Assembly (NCBI GenBank): GCA_963743915.1
Contig: CAVURN010000001.1
Location: 288,001-352,000 of the forward strand
DNA from: an uncultured Actinomycetota bacterium
Lineage (GTDB): Bacteria; Actinomycetota; Actinomycetes; JAHEKZ01
Length of the DNA: 64,000 bases
Reading direction: 5' to 3'
In this document: piece after piece, positions 34,265 through 45,648 of the stretch
Layout of the letters: the number at the start of each line of letters is the position of its first letter
Position numbering within the stretch: position 1 is the first letter of the stretch
Program-made: the position numbers and the translations under genes
Notes under the pieces: generated by a model
What the model saw: the letters and a program-made list of their open reading frames with translations, nothing else
The model's database searches: none
What the model was told of the DNA's origin: nothing

Positions 34265-36304
34265 TCAGCGGCGGACGACGGCGTCCACCGCGACGGCGCC
34301 TGCGGCGGTCACGAAGACCGGGTTGAGCTCGATCAGACTCAGCCCCTCGTCGAGAAGGGCGCGCCCGACGGCCGCCGCCAAGGTGCAGAGTGCCTCGATG
34401 TCCACCGGAGGGCGTCCCCGGGCGCCGGTCAGCATCGGATGACCGAGCAGCTCGGGCAGCGCGGAGGCGACTCGATCGGCGTCCACGGGGAGCGGCAGCA
34501 CCACGACGTCGGAGAGGATCTCGGTGAAGATCCCGCCCGTCCCGACGACCAGCGACGGGACGACACCGTCACGCGTCGCCGACACCAGCATCTCGACCCC
34601 CGGCGTCGCCATCGCCTCGACGAGCACGGCGGCGCCCCGACGCAGGCCGAGCAGCTGCTCGGCGGCGACGGCGACCTGGTCTGCGTCGTCCAGGCCGAGC
34701 ACGACCCCGCCGATGTCGGTCTTGTGCTGCACCTCGGGATGGCTGACCTTCAGGGCGACGGGACCGGCGATCGCGGCAGCGGCCTGCACCGCCTCGCCCG
34801 GCGTCGCGGCCACCGCGCCGACGGGCACCGGAACACCGTGACGCGCAAGCAGCGCCTTGCCCTCGTGCTCGGCCAGCCAGTCCCCGGTACCGACTCCTGA
34901 GTGAGCCGCCGCCGCGATCCGGCGCAGGTGGTCGCCCGCCGCCGGTGGCACGGCGTGTGCCTTCAGTGCCGACAGCGCCGTGGCGATGCCGCCGAGCGCG
35001 GTGACGCCCGCAGCGGCCAGCTCGGTGGCGACTGCTTCGGGCATCAGCTCGGGCAGGCCGGCCGCCACGGCGCGTCCGGTGCCGGGGATGTCTGCCTCGA
35101 CCAGGCCGGCGCGGGTGGCGCGCCACTCGGCGGCGTCGGCGTCCGACAGGTCCGGTGGCGTGTCCTGCACGTAGAGGACCTGGTTGACACCCGGGTCGGC
35201 CGCGAGCGCCTCGACCAGGGCACGCACCTTGGGGGTGTCCGCCCAGAGCATGTTCGTGTGATCGAGCGGGTTGGTGACGACGACGCCGTCGGGCAGCAGT
35301 CCGGCGAGCCTCGTGCGCGTCTCGTGGGACAGATCCGCAAGAGGGACGCCGAGTCGATCGGCCTCGTCCGCGGTGATCACCGAGTCGCCGCCAGAGCAGG
35401 TGACGACCGCCAGCCCGCCCGCGTGCGTCGGTCGCGGTGTCGCGAGCAGCTTGGCCGTCTCGAGCAGCTCGTGCGGGTCGTGGCACCACGCGCCGGCGGC
35501 CTCCTTGACCAGTGCCGCGAAGATGCGGTGGTCTCCGGCGACGGCTGCGGTGTGGGCACCCCCCGCTACGGCCCCTGCCTCGCTGCGACCCGCCTTGAGC
35601 ACCGCGATCCGTACATCGTTGTCGGCGCAGGCCGCGAACGCCTCGGCCCACCCGGCACCGTCTCCGTCGCCTTCGAGGTAGAGCGCGACGGCGCGGACAC
35701 CGTCGGTCACGGCCAGCTGCTGCAGCGACTGCGCCGCGTCCACCACCGCGCTGTTGCCGACGCTGACGACGGTGTGCCACTCGATGCCGCGACGGCTGGC
35801 GAGCGCGATGACGCCGAGGTTGCCGCTCTGCGTGATCAGTGCGACCCCACCCGCGTCCCCGAGCCGCACGCCGTCCCCCCACATCGGTGCGCGAGCAGGC
35901 ACGGACACGATGCCGTTGGCGTTTGGTCCGACCACCGGCAGCCGGTGGCGTCCGGCCGCCTCGACGAGGAGCTCCTGCCGGTCGGTGCGCCCGGTCTCGG
36001 CGAAGTCTGCGGCGAAAACGACGGCTCCGCCGCACCCGAGCCGTCCCGCGGTGTCGAGGAGCCCGGGGACCGTGTCCGCTGGGGTGGCGATGACCACGGC
36101 GTCGACCGGGGCGTCGAGCTCGTCGAGCGACGGGATGCAGGCGACGCCATGGACCTCGGCGCGCGTGGGGTGGACGCCGACAAGACGACCGCCGAATCCG
36201 GCGGTCACGAGGTTGGAGACCGCGGCGTTGCCGTACGAGCCGGGACGGTCGGTGGCGCCCACCACCGCGATGGAGGTGGGGGAGAAGAGGCGCGAGAGGT
36301 CCAC
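34265..36304 (-). CDS. Acetate--CoA ligase family (ADP-forming acyl-CoA synthetase, fused alpha/beta)
   Basis: LFSPTSIAVVGAT, GPNANG, TQSG, VSVGN, AHTAA, NPLD, HKTDIGGV, IELNP. Confidence 0.9.
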   Translation of the reverse strand: MDLSRLFSPTSIAVVGATDRPGSYGNAAVSNLVTAGFGGRLVGVHPTRAEVHGVACIPSLDELDAPVDAVVIATPADTVPGLLDTAGRLGCGGAVVFAADFAETGRTDRQELLVEAAGRHRLPVVGPNANGIVSVPARAPMWGDGVRLGDAGGVALITQSGNLGVIALASRRGIEWHTVVSVGNSAVVDAAQSLQQLAVTDGVRAVALYLEGDGDGAGWAEAFAACADNDVRIAVLKAGRSEAGAVAGGAHTAAVAGDHRIFAALVKEAAGAWCHDPHELLETAKLLATPRPTHAGGLAVVTCSGGDSVITADEADRLGVPLADLSHETRTRLAGLLPDGVVVTNPLDHTNMLWADTPKVRALVEALAADPGVNQVLYVQDTPPDLSDADAAEWRATRAGLVEADIPGTGRAVAAGLPELMPEAVATELAAAGVTALGGIATALSALKAHAVPPAAGDHLRRIAAAAHSGVGTGDWLAEHEGKALLARHGVPVPVGAVAATPGEAVQAAAAIAGPVALKVSHPEVQHKTDIGGVVLGLDDADQVAVAAEQLLGLRRGAAVLVEAMATPGVEMLVSATRDGVVPSLVVGTGGIFTEILSDVVVLPLPVDADRVASALPELLGHPMLTGARGRPPVDIEALCTLAAAVGRALLDEGLSLIELNPVFVTAAGAVAVDAVVRR

Positions 36305-36327
36305 GACGCGGGCCTGGGTGAGCCGGC

Positions 36328-37506
36328 TCAGGTGAGCATCGCGTCGACGCCGCGACGCTCGAGGCTGCGCGCCACGATCAGCCGCTGGATCTCGCTGGTG
36401 CCCTCCCAGATGCGGTCGACGCGCAGCTCGCGCCAGAACCGCTCGGCGACGTTGGTGCGCATGTAGCCGCGTCCGCCGAAGATCTGCACGGCGCGGTCCG
36501 CGCAACGGTTGGCAGCCTCGGAGCAGAAGAGCTTGGCCATGGACGCCTTGCCGTGGACCAGCTTGGGGTCGGCTCCGGACTCCTTCAACCTCGCGATGTC
36601 GAAGACCATCAGGCGTCCGGCAGCGGCGTCGGCAGCTGAGTCGGCGAGGGGGAACGACACCCCTTGGTGGTCGATGAGTCGCGCCCCGCCCTGCTCGCGA
36701 TCGATGGCCCATGCGGTGGTCTCGGCGATCAGCCGCTGCATGGCGCCGATGCAGCGGGCGGCGATGCCGATGCGCTCCTCGGTGAACCACATGCGTTGCA
36801 GGTCGTCGCCCTGTCCGACCTCGCCGATGACGTCGTCGGCACCGACCTTGACGTCGGTGAACGACATGACCGGGTGCCCGTGGGGGTAGTGGTGGGTGAA
36901 CGGTGGGTCGTCGACGATCGCCACGCCCGGAGCGTCTGCGGGGACGGCGAACAGCGTGGGCAGCAGGGTGTCGCCGTCCACCACGTTCGCCATCAGGATG
37001 ATCACTGCGGCCACCGAGCCGTAGGTCACGAACCACTTCTCGCCGTTGATCACGTAGCCGCCACCCTCGGTGCGGTGCGCGACGGTGGCGATGCCCGACG
37101 GGTCGGACCCGGCTTCGGCCTCCGTCACCGCATAGGCGTCGTGCAGCTCACCGCGCAGGGCGGGCCGGAGCCACTTGTCGATCAGGCGCGGGCTTGCCGA
37201 CTTCCACACGTTGTAGGCGGTGGGCATGTACCAGCTGATGCCGTTGGTGTTGCGGCCGAACTGCTCCTCGACCAGCAGCCAGTCGGTGGTTCCCCAGCCC
37301 TGTCCGCCGTACTCGGGGGAGTAGAGGCCCCCCGACAGCCGGAACTCGTGGGCGGTCTCGCGGATACGCTGCACGTCGGAGTCGGGGAGCGGACCACCCG
37401 CCCGTTCGGCCTTCTCCTCGAGAGGAATGAGGATCTCGTCGACGTAGCGACGAGCTCGTTCCTGGAGCTCACGCTGCGAGTCGGACAGATCGGCGGCGTG
37501 GGTCAC
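36328..37506 (-). CDS. Acyl-CoA dehydrogenase family protein
   Basis: AVTEAEAGSD, INGEKWF, ASMAKLFCSE, AVQIFGGRGY, RIWEGTSEIQR. Confidence 0.93.
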   Translation of the reverse strand: MTHAADLSDSQRELQERARRYVDEILIPLEEKAERAGGPLPDSDVQRIRETAHEFRLSGGLYSPEYGGQGWGTTDWLLVEEQFGRNTNGISWYMPTAYNVWKSASPRLIDKWLRPALRGELHDAYAVTEAEAGSDPSGIATVAHRTEGGGYVINGEKWFVTYGSVAAVIILMANVVDGDTLLPTLFAVPADAPGVAIVDDPPFTHHYPHGHPVMSFTDVKVGADDVIGEVGQGDDLQRMWFTEERIGIAARCIGAMQRLIAETTAWAIDREQGGARLIDHQGVSFPLADSAADAAAGRLMVFDIARLKESGADPKLVHGKASMAKLFCSEAANRCADRAVQIFGGRGYMRTNVAERFWRELRVDRIWEGTSEIQRLIVARSLERRGVDAMLT

Positions 37507-37554
37507 GACGCTCCTCGGGGTGTGTGGGGCGCCGGAGGGCGTCCGCGGAGTATC

Positions 37555-37574
37555 CTGACTGAACAGTCAGGCAA
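37555..37574. promoter_or_regulatory. Palindromic operator copy 3 (CTGACTGA-ACAG-TCAGGCAA)
   Basis: Centre of the divergent acyl-CoA dehydrogenase / aminotransferase spacer. Confidence 0.7.
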
Positions 37575-37616
37575 TGGTCAACCGGTTCCTGTCATCGGAA
37601 CCCGAAAGAGGTCGTC

Positions 37617-39023
37617 ATGTCAGGTCCTGGTCAGCCGGTCGATCCAGCGGTCGTGCAGCAACAGGTGCGCGACCACCTGATGCTCAACTTCACGGACATG
37701 GGCAACTACGTGGACGCCGAGATCCCCATCTTCGTCGGCGGTGAGGGATGCGAGCTCATCGACGTCCACGGCCGACGGTTCATCGATGGTCTGTCCGGCC
37801 TCTACTGCGCCAACCTCGGCCACTCGTTCGGCGCCGAGGTGGGCGAGGTCGCCAGGCAGCAGATGACCGAGCTCGCGTACACGTCGACGTGGACGGTGGC
37901 GCACCCTCGAGCGGCAGAGCTCGCCGAGCGGATCGCGAACCTCGCACCGGACGGGCTCAACCGGGTCTTCTTCACCACGGGGGGCGGCGAGGCGAACGAG
38001 TCGATGTGGAAGATGGTGCGCAACTGGCACCAGGCGAACGGGCAGCCGCAGCGCACCAAGGCGATCGCCCGCCACACCGCGTACCACGGCACCAGCCTGG
38101 GAGCCTTGTCGTTCACCGGGATCGACTTCTGCCGTGACCCCTTCCTGCCCCTGCCCATCGACGTCACGCATGTGAGTGAGACGAACGCCTACCGGCACCC
38201 GAAGGGTGACGACCCGGTGGCCTTCACTCAGGCGCTCCTGGAAGAGATGGAGCAGGCGATCATCGATGCCGGACCGGACGAGGTCGCGCTGATCATCGCC
38301 GAGCCGGTGCAGAACGCGGGAGGCTGCTTCACGCCGCCGCCCGGCTACTGGGCCGGCCTGCGGGCCCTCGCCGACAAGTACGGAGCACTGCTCACCGCCG
38401 ACGAGGTCATCACCGGCTTCGGACGCGTCGGCGAGTGGTTCGGATCCATCCGCTACGACATCGCGCCCGACTTCATCATCTTCGCCAAGGGGTCGACGGC
38501 CGGCATGGCGCCGCTCGGCGGCTTCATCGTGCACGACCGGGTCGCAGAGCCGTTCGTCAGCGGCCAGGCGTTCTACAACCACGGCACCACCTACAGCGGA
38601 CACCCGGTGACGGCCGCGATCGGCGCCAAGGTCATCGACCTCTACGAGCGCGAGAACGTGCTGGCCAACGTGCGTGCCAACGAGCCGTTCCTGCAGGAAC
38701 GGCTGGGCGAGCTGCTGCGCGTCCCCTTGGTAGGTGACGTCCGCGGTGCCGGTCACTTCTTCGCCCTCGAGATGGTGAAGGACCGGGACACCAAGCAGAC
38801 CTTCGAGGGCGACGAGGCCGACTGGCTGCTCCGCCGTGTGCTCTCCGCCCGGCTCTTCGAGAACGGCCTGCTGTGCCGGCTCGACGACCGCGGTGACCCC
38901 GTGATCCAGATCTCGCCACCGCTCGTGGCCGACCAGAAGCTGCTCGGGCGGATCGTGGACATCCTCGGCGACGCCGTCGAGTACGCGTGGGGTGAGGTCC
39001 AGAAGGGCATGCCGAAGTCCTGA
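37617..39023 (+). CDS. Class III PLP aminotransferase (omega-amino acid/polyamine type)
   Basis: IDGLSGLYC, GGEANE, AYHGTS, AEPVQNAGG, ADEVITGFGR, FAKG, HGTTYSGHP. Confidence 0.93.
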   Translation: MSGPGQPVDPAVVQQQVRDHLMLNFTDMGNYVDAEIPIFVGGEGCELIDVHGRRFIDGLSGLYCANLGHSFGAEVGEVARQQMTELAYTSTWTVAHPRAAELAERIANLAPDGLNRVFFTTGGGEANESMWKMVRNWHQANGQPQRTKAIARHTAYHGTSLGALSFTGIDFCRDPFLPLPIDVTHVSETNAYRHPKGDDPVAFTQALLEEMEQAIIDAGPDEVALIIAEPVQNAGGCFTPPPGYWAGLRALADKYGALLTADEVITGFGRVGEWFGSIRYDIAPDFIIFAKGSTAGMAPLGGFIVHDRVAEPFVSGQAFYNHGTTYSGHPVTAAIGAKVIDLYERENVLANVRANEPFLQERLGELLRVPLVGDVRGAGHFFALEMVKDRDTKQTFEGDEADWLLRRVLSARLFENGLLCRLDDRGDPVIQISPPLVADQKLLGRIVDILGDAVEYAWGEVQKGMPKS

Positions 39024-39042
39024 CCGGATGCGCGACTGACGC

Positions 39043-39681
39043 CTAGACGTCCGACAGATGTGTGGCGTCGTTGTAGCGCCCGAGCACCCAGGTCGGGTCG
39101 TCCAGCTCGTGAGTGCGGTGCCACTCGGTGATGGAGGTGTGCGTGCTGCGCAGGCTGGTGAGCGAGCTGCGGGGCGGCAGACCGAGAAAGGTGACGAACG
39201 AACGGCCGATGACACCCCCGTGGGTGAAGACCAGGCAGGTGCGGTCGGCCTGCTCGTCGGCGATCCGCAGCAGGGCGCGGTCGACCCGCGCCAGGAACTC
39301 GTTGTGCGTCTCGGCGCTCGGCGTGACGCGGAGGTCGTGGTCGTGACCGGCGAGGATCCGCTGCCAGCTGGCCAGGGCGTCGGCCAGCGCGAGCGTCTCG
39401 CGGTCGTCCCCGGGTCGCCACTCCTGGATGTCGTGGTCGACCAGCGGCTCGACGCCGAGGGCCTCGCACACGATCTCTGCGGTCTGCAACGCCCGCGGAA
39501 AGCTGCTGGTGATGACGGTGTCGGGGGTGAGCGCCTCACGGACCAGGCGGTCGCGGAGCAGCCCGGCTTGCTCGATGCCGCGTTCGGTCAACCCGTGCTC
39601 GTCGAACAGCGAGTAGCTGCCGTCGGCCGCGGGGCGGTTGACGTGGGCCTCGCCGTGCCGGATCAGCCAGAGGGTGGTCAC
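39043..39681 (-). CDS. Histidine phosphatase (phosphoglycerate mutase) family protein
   Basis: LIRHGE, RALQTA, THGG, YNDATHL. Confidence 0.9.
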   Translation of the reverse strand: MTTLWLIRHGEAHVNRPAADGSYSLFDEHGLTERGIEQAGLLRDRLVREALTPDTVITSSFPRALQTAEIVCEALGVEPLVDHDIQEWRPGDDRETLALADALASWQRILAGHDHDLRVTPSAETHNEFLARVDRALLRIADEQADRTCLVFTHGGVIGRSFVTFLGLPPRSSLTSLRSTHTSITEWHRTHELDDPTWVLGRYNDATHLSDV

Positions 39682-39713
39682 GTCGACCGAGGGTAGGGCG
39701 TCGGTCGGACAGC

Positions 39714-39766
39714 CCGAATCCGGAGCGGCCGCATGTCGAGGGGAGGGGCGGCCGCCCCGGAGTCGG
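39714..39766 (-). terminator. GC-rich hairpin downstream of pepD
   Basis: CCGAATCCGGAGCGGCCGC ... GCGGCCGCCCCGGAGTCGG imperfect inverted repeat. Confidence 0.4.
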
Positions 39767-39786
39767 AGAACGGGGTCAGAGGCGGG

Positions 39787-41010
39787 TCAGCTGCTGGGAG
39801 CCGCCTCGAGCGTGACGTCGACCTCGTTGCTGTCGCCGTCGCGGACGTAGGTGAGCGTCACGGTGGTGCCTGGCTCGGTGGACCGCACCGCGGCCACCAG
39901 GGCGTCGGAGGAGTCGATGCCCTGCTCACCGAATCCGGTCACGACGTCACCGGGCTCCAGCCCGATCTCGTCGGCCGCGGTGCCCGGCTCCACGCTCTCG
40001 ATCGTCGCGCCGCGGATCTCGCCGCTCGTCGGGCCGAGCGAGACGCCCAACCGGGCGTGCTCGACGCTTCCGGTCTCGATGAGCTGCTGCGAGATCCACT
40101 TCGCCTGGTCGATCGGGATGGCGAACCCGAGGCCGATGCTGCCCGACTGCGCCCCGGGGGCGCTGCCGAGCGTCGCGATCGCCGAGTTGATCCCGACCAG
40201 CTTGCCGTCGAGGTTCACCAGTGCACCGCCGGAGTTGCCGGGGTTGATGGCGGCATCGGTCTGGATCGCGTTCAGCACGGATTCGTCCGCGGCCGACTCA
40301 CCGGCGAGCACCGGGCGGTTCTTGGCGCTCACGATGCCGGTGGTGACGGTGCCGTTGAGCCCGAGGGGGGAGCCGACCGCGATCACCGTCTCGCCGACAC
40401 GCAGGCTGTCGGACGACCCCAGCGGGACGGCCACGAGGTTGTCGACGTTCTCGACACTGATGACGGCAAGGTCCGAGCTCGGGTCACGTCCCACGATCGT
40501 GGCCGGCGTGGAGGTGCCGTCCTGGAAGCTGACGGTCAGGGAACCACCGTCAGCAGCTGCCTCGACCACGTGGTTGTTGGTCAGGATCAGACCGGACTCG
40601 TCGATGACGACGCCTGAGCCCGAGCCACCGCCCTGCGGGCCGGAGAACTGGATCGAGACCACGCCGGGCAGCACCTGCGCGGCGACCTTGGAGATGCTGC
40701 CGTCCGGCAGGGAGGTCGCGGACACGTCGGCGCTGCCTGCGGCGTCTGCGGTGCTGGCCGGGGAGACGTCGTCGTTGGTGGCGATGACCGCACCGGCACC
40801 CAGACCGGCGCCCAGCGCACCGGCGAGCAGCCCGGTGGCGAGCACCATCCCCATCCCGGCGCGGCGCTGGGGCCGCTCGGGGCCCTGGGGCGGCGGCGGG
40901 GGGAACGAGTCGTAGGGCGGCGGAGGCACGGTGTAGGTGGTGGCGCCGGACGCGGTGGGTGCCGTGCTCGCGTCGTGCGGGAGGGGCTGGGTGGGGTGTG
41001 TGTCGCTCAT
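39787..41010 (-). CDS. pepD: HtrA-like serine protease with PDZ domain (PepD-like)
   Basis: TM segment, GSGV, LTNNHVV, DLAV, QTDAAINPGNSGGAL, PDZ; directly after mprAB. Confidence 0.9.
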   Translation of the reverse strand: MSDTHPTQPLPHDASTAPTASGATTYTVPPPPYDSFPPPPPQGPERPQRRAGMGMVLATGLLAGALGAGLGAGAVIATNDDVSPASTADAAGSADVSATSLPDGSISKVAAQVLPGVVSIQFSGPQGGGSGSGVVIDESGLILTNNHVVEAAADGGSLTVSFQDGTSTPATIVGRDPSSDLAVISVENVDNLVAVPLGSSDSLRVGETVIAVGSPLGLNGTVTTGIVSAKNRPVLAGESAADESVLNAIQTDAAINPGNSGGALVNLDGKLVGINSAIATLGSAPGAQSGSIGLGFAIPIDQAKWISQQLIETGSVEHARLGVSLGPTSGEIRGATIESVEPGTAADEIGLEPGDVVTGFGEQGIDSSDALVAAVRSTEPGTTVTLTYVRDGDSNEVDVTLEAAPSS

Positions 41011-41033
41011 GGTGACCATGGTGCGACGCTTCC

Positions 41034-41072
41034 CTGAGAGTCGCCTGAGAAGAGCCTGGGCACGTCCTGAGA
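41034..41072 (-). promoter_or_regulatory. Four phased MprA-box hexamers (TCTCAG, 11-bp period) upstream of pepD
   Basis: CTGAGA on + at 41034, 41045 and 41067, CTGGGC at 41056; 10 nt from a CACCAT -10-like hexamer. Confidence 0.75.
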
Positions 41073-41091
41073 GTTCCGCCGGGGCCCTCGC

Positions 41092-42429
41092 TCAGCAGGG
41101 GAGGCGGACCTCGAACCGAGCGCCCCCTGAGGGGCTGTCACCGACAGCGACGGTGCCGCCGTGCTGAGCCACGGCCTGCGCGACGATGGCCAGGCCGAGC
41201 CCGGAGCCGGGCGTGCCGCGGGCGCCCTCGGCGCGGTAGAAGCGTTCGAACACGTGCGGACGGTCAGCGGGGTCGATGCCAGGACCCTGGTCGTCGACGG
41301 TCAGCGTGCCGTCGGACAGGCGCACGGCGACTGTTCCTCCCGGTGGGCTCCAACGTGCGGCATTGTCGAGCAGGTTGGTCACGGCACGCTCGAGTGACTG
41401 AGGGTCTCCGACCATGGGCCACGAGCTGGTCTCCGCCGCGAACGTGAGGTCGTGGGCCCTGCGTCGGACACGGGTCAGGGCATCGTTCACCACGTCCCGT
41501 AGGTCGAGCTGAACGGTGCCGGGCCGTGACTCGGGTCCGCGTGACAGCTCGACGAGGTCGTCGACGAGGAGTGCCAGCTCCTGCACCTGCTCGCGCACGT
41601 CGGCGAGCAGCGCCGATCGGTCGACGGGCGTCAGGTCACGTCCGGTGGAGTCCGCCTGCGCCAGCAGGTCGAGATTGGTGCGCAACGAGGTGAGCGGGGT
41701 GCGCAGCTCGTGCCCGGCGTCGGCGACGAGCTGCCGTTCTCGTTCGCGCGCGGCGGCCAACGACGTCAGCATCGCGTTGAAGCTGCGCGCCAGTCGCCCG
41801 ATCTCGTCGTCGCCGCCCTCGGCGATGGGGGTGAGGTCGGTCGTGTCGGCGATGTGCTCGGCAGCCTCCGTGAGGCCGCGCAGGGGTGCGAGACCGGCGC
41901 GCGCGACGCCGTAGCCGGCCGTGGCCGCGGTCGCGACGCCGAGGAGCCCGATGATCAGCGAGACGAGCCCGACGTACGTCAGCGTCGCCTGCACGCTGTC
42001 CGTGGAGGCTGCGAGGACGAGTGCGGTGCCACCACCGGCCGGAACGGCGACGACGCGGAGGTCGTCGGTGACGCCGCGGACCGACTCGTCGGTGCGGCCC
42101 TGGGCAACTGCACGCTCGGCGTCGTCGATCGGGGGAGCCTCACCACCCCTCGGCAGGTAGAGCGAGCCGTCGGAGGTCAGCAGTCCGGCGCGGGCGTCAC
42201 CGAGTGCGTCGGCTGGGATGAACACGAGCTGCTCGGGGTTCGACAGGGAACCGCCGACCGCGGCGCGAGCGCGACCCAGCAGGTCGGCGTCGAGCTGGTC
42301 GTAGAGCTGGGCCCGCACCGTCAGGTAGATGCCGGCCGTGGTGGCGGCGACCGCCAGCGCCACTGCCAGAGCCGCCAGCAGCGAGATCCGCGCGCGGAGG
42401 GAGAGCGTCGCGTTCGGTCCCCGCCTCAC
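41092..42429 (-). CDS. mprB: HAMP-domain sensor histidine kinase (MprB-like)
   Basis: [39 protein letters not shown]. Confidence 0.9.
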   Translation of the reverse strand: MRRGPNATLSLRARISLLAALAVALAVAATTAGIYLTVRAQLYDQLDADLLGRARAAVGGSLSNPEQLVFIPADALGDARAGLLTSDGSLYLPRGGEAPPIDDAERAVAQGRTDESVRGVTDDLRVVAVPAGGGTALVLAASTDSVQATLTYVGLVSLIIGLLGVATAATAGYGVARAGLAPLRGLTEAAEHIADTTDLTPIAEGGDDEIGRLARSFNAMLTSLAAARERERQLVADAGHELRTPLTSLRTNLDLLAQADSTGRDLTPVDRSALLADVREQVQELALLVDDLVELSRGPESRPGTVQLDLRDVVNDALTRVRRRAHDLTFAAETSSWPMVGDPQSLERAVTNLLDNAARWSPPGGTVAVRLSDGTLTVDDQGPGIDPADRPHVFERFYRAEGARGTPGSGLGLAIVAQAVAQHGGTVAVGDSPSGGARFEVRLPC

Positions 42430-43115
42430 GGGCTCGCCTCGCGCAGCACGTAGCCGACGCCCCGCACCGTGTGGATGAGGCGAGGCTCACCGCCGGCCTC
42501 GGTCTTGCGGCGCAGGTAGCCCACGTAGACCTCGAGCGAGTTGGCCGAGGTCGGGAAGTCGTAGCCCCAGACCTCGTCGAGGATGAGCTCGCGCGAGAGC
42601 ACGCGGCGTGGGTGCTGCATGAGGACGGCCAACAGCTCGAACTCGGTGCGGGTGAGCTGGACGTCTCGACCTCCACGACGTGCCGCGCGCGCATGCAGGT
42701 CGAGCTCGAGGTCGGTGAAGCGCAGGACGTGGTCGGTGGCGTCGTCCGACAGGGGACGCGAACGACGGAGCAGCGCCCTGATCCGGGCGAGCAGCTCCTC
42801 GAGCGCGAACGGTTTGGCGAGGTAGTCGTCGGCACCGACATCGAGGCCCAGGACACGGTCGCCGACCTCGACCCGGGCCGTGAGCATGAGCACGGGGAGG
42901 TCGTCGCCGGCAGCGCGGAGGCGCCGGCAGGTCTCGAGGCCGTCCAGGATCGGCATGTTGACGTCGAGCAGGAGCAGATCGGGGCGTGAGTCGCGCACCA
43001 GGTCAAGTGCCTCTTGCCCGTCCGACGCCGTGCTGACCTCGTAGCCGTTGAAGGCCAACGACCGCCGTAGTGAATCGCGCACGGCCGGGTCGTCGTCGGC
43101 CACCAGGATGCGCAC
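42426..43115 (-). CDS. mprA: OmpR-family response regulator (MprA-like)
   Basis: [55 protein letters not shown]. Confidence 0.92.
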   Translation of the reverse strand: MRILVADDDPAVRDSLRRSLAFNGYEVSTASDGQEALDLVRDSRPDLLLLDVNMPILDGLETCRRLRAAGDDLPVLMLTARVEVGDRVLGLDVGADDYLAKPFALEELLARIRALLRRSRPLSDDATDHVLRFTDLELDLHARAARRGGRDVQLTRTEFELLAVLMQHPRRVLSRELILDEVWGYDFPTSANSLEVYVGYLRRKTEAGGEPRLIHTVRGVGYVLREASP

Positions 43116-43134
43116 GTCCCTAGTGTGCCCGCAG

Positions 43135-43978
43135 TCAGGGGGCGGTGAGACCGCGGGCGGCGAACAGCAGGTGCGTGCCGCCGTCGAGCGCGCCGGGTCG
43201 GGAACACGCCTGCTCCTCGCGCTCGAGGTAGCGCTGCCACCGGTCCGGGTCCTGCTCGACGGCTTCCAACAGCGCTTCGTGCTCCACCGCGGTCCACGAG
43301 CTGGCACTGAGCGACTCGAGGCTTCCGCCGGCGGACGCGACGAGCTCGCGGATCTCCTCGGAGGTGTACATCCGGCACACGTGCCCCTCAGGCTGCGTCC
43401 GGCGCAGGTCACCGGTGGCGAGGATGTGGTCGATCTCAGGTTCGGCGAACGCATCGAGGACGGCGGGGAAGAATGCCCGGTACGCCCCGAGCGTCGACAT
43501 CACGGACGCCACGACCGGACCGGAGGTCAGGCGGAACAGACCGCGCAGCGCGTCCGGGGCGTGGTCGAACACGTAGGAGAGCGGACCACCGAAGGCCAGG
43601 ACCGCGTCGAACTGCTGCTCCTCGTAGCGGCTGGTGTCCCTCACGTCGAGGGTCGACCAGCCACTCACAGAGCCGCCCCATCCCTCCTCGAGCGCACGTG
43701 AGCGGTTGGCGTCCAGCTGTGCGGCGGAGATGTCGGTGACCTCTACGCGGACGCCGCGCGCCGCGAGCTCGCGCGTGAAGCGGCCCGGCCCAGCACCGAC
43801 CTCCAGCACGTGCATGCCCGGGCTGACGAAACGGGCGAGGAACCGCCGGTGGATCTCGAAGGCCACGCGACCCTGTGCGGTCTGCTCGAGGCGCTGCCCA
43901 CTCCGACTCGACGTTCTCCTCGAAGTGCCGTCGGACACGGTCCACCGCCTCGTCGACGGATTCGTCTGCCGGTGCCAT
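43135..43978 (-). CDS. Class I SAM-dependent methyltransferase; apparent frameshift ~43895
   Basis: [31 protein letters not shown]. Confidence 0.85.
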
Positions 43979-44060
43979 CGCTGCATTCTGGCCCATGGGG
44001 GATCGCTACCCTGGCCACGGACGCACCCGTCGCGGGGCGGCACATGAATGGAGCGGGTAC

Positions 44061-45644
44061 GTGAGCAAGAGCGAGTCGGAGTCGGGATTCCCGATCGAGC
44101 CTGTCTACGGGCCCGAGGCGTTGGCCGGATGGGACCCTGCGCAGCAGCTCGGCGTCCCCGGCGAGTACCCGTTCACCCGCGGCGTGTACCCCTCGATGTA
44201 CACGGGCCGCCCGTGGACGATGCGTCAGTACGCCGGCTTCGGCACCGCGCAGGAGTCGAACCAGCGCTACCAGCAGCTGATGGCGGCCGGAACGACGGGA
44301 CTCTCCGTCGCCTTCGACCTGCCGACCCAGATGGGCTACGACTCCGACCACCCCGTGGCGTCCGGCGAGGTCGGCAAGGTGGGCGTCGCGATCGACTCGA
44401 TCGACGACATGCGCGTGCTGTTCGACGGCATCCCGCTCGACCAGGTCACCACGTCGATGACGATCAACGCTCCGGCGGCCGTGCTGCTGCTGCTCTACCA
44501 GCTGGTCGCCGAGGAGCAGGGCGTGGACGCCGGCAAGCTCGGGGGCACGATCCAGAACGACGTGCTCAAGGAGTACATCGCCCGCGGCACGTACATCTAC
44601 CCACCGGCAGCGTCGCTGAGACTGATCACCGACATCTTCCAGTACTGCCAGGCGGAGATCCCGCGGTGGAACACGATCTCGATCTCCGGCTACCACATGG
44701 CGGAGGCGGGGGCCACGCCCGCGCAGGAGATCGCGTTCACCCTGGCCAACGGAGTCGAGTACGTGCGCGCGGCCATCGCGAGCGGCCAGCACGTCGACGA
44801 CTTCGCACCCCGGTTGGCGTTCTTCTTCGTGTCGCGTACGACGATCCTCGAGGAGGTCGCGAAGTTCCGCGCGGCCCGACGGCTGTGGGCGCGGATCATG
44901 CGCGACGAGTTCGGTGCGCAGAACCCCAAGTCGATGATGCTGCGTTTCCACACACAGACGGCCGGAGTACAGCTCACAGCGCAGCAGCCGGAGGTGAACA
45001 TCGTGCGGGTCGCCGTCCAGGGGCTCGCTGCGGTGCTGGGGGGCACGCAGTCGTTGCACACCAACAGCTTCGACGAGGCGCTCGCCCTGCCGTCGGAGAA
45101 GGCAGCCCGACTGGCGCTGCGGACCCAGCAGGTGCTGGCGTACGAGACCGACGTGACCCGCACGGTCGACCCGTTTGCCGGTTCGTACGTGGTCGAGTCC
45201 ATGACGGATGCCGTCGAGGCGGCGGCGGTCGATCTCATGGAACGCGTGCAGGCGCTGGGCGGAGCCGTCGCTGCGATCGAGAAGGGCTTCCAGAAGGGCG
45301 AGATCGAACGGAGTGCGTACGACGTCGCGCGCGAGATCGATGACGGCCAACGGGTGGTCGTCGGGGTGAACCGCTTCACCATCGACGCCGAAGAGCCGTA
45401 CGAACCGCTCCGGGTCGATCCGACGATCGAGCAGGAGCAGCGCGTCCGCCTCGGCCGGCTGCGGGCCGAGCGTGACCAGCCCGAGGTCGACCGGTGGCTG
45501 GCCGAGCTCCGGGCGGCGGCGTCTGGCGACGCCAACGTGCTCTACCCGATGCGAGAGGCTCTCCGGGCTCGCGCCACGGTCGGCGAGGTCAGTGACGCCC
45601 TGCGTGCGGTCTGGGGTGTCTACCAGCCGGTCGACGCGTTCTGA
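44061..45644 (+). CDS. Methylmalonyl-CoA mutase large (substrate-binding) subunit
   Basis: [60 protein letters not shown]; no B12 domain. Confidence 0.95.
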   Translation: MSKSESESGFPIEPVYGPEALAGWDPAQQLGVPGEYPFTRGVYPSMYTGRPWTMRQYAGFGTAQESNQRYQQLMAAGTTGLSVAFDLPTQMGYDSDHPVASGEVGKVGVAIDSIDDMRVLFDGIPLDQVTTSMTINAPAAVLLLLYQLVAEEQGVDAGKLGGTIQNDVLKEYIARGTYIYPPAASLRLITDIFQYCQAEIPRWNTISISGYHMAEAGATPAQEIAFTLANGVEYVRAAIASGQHVDDFAPRLAFFFVSRTTILEEVAKFRAARRLWARIMRDEFGAQNPKSMMLRFHTQTAGVQLTAQQPEVNIVRVAVQGLAAVLGGTQSLHTNSFDEALALPSEKAARLALRTQQVLAYETDVTRTVDPFAGSYVVESMTDAVEAAAVDLMERVQALGGAVAAIEKGFQKGEIERSAYDVAREIDDGQRVVVGVNRFTIDAEEPYEPLRVDPTIEQEQRVRLGRLRAERDQPEVDRWLAELRAAASGDANVLYPMREALRARATVGEVSDALRAVWGVYQPVDAF

Positions 45645-45648
45645 CGCC

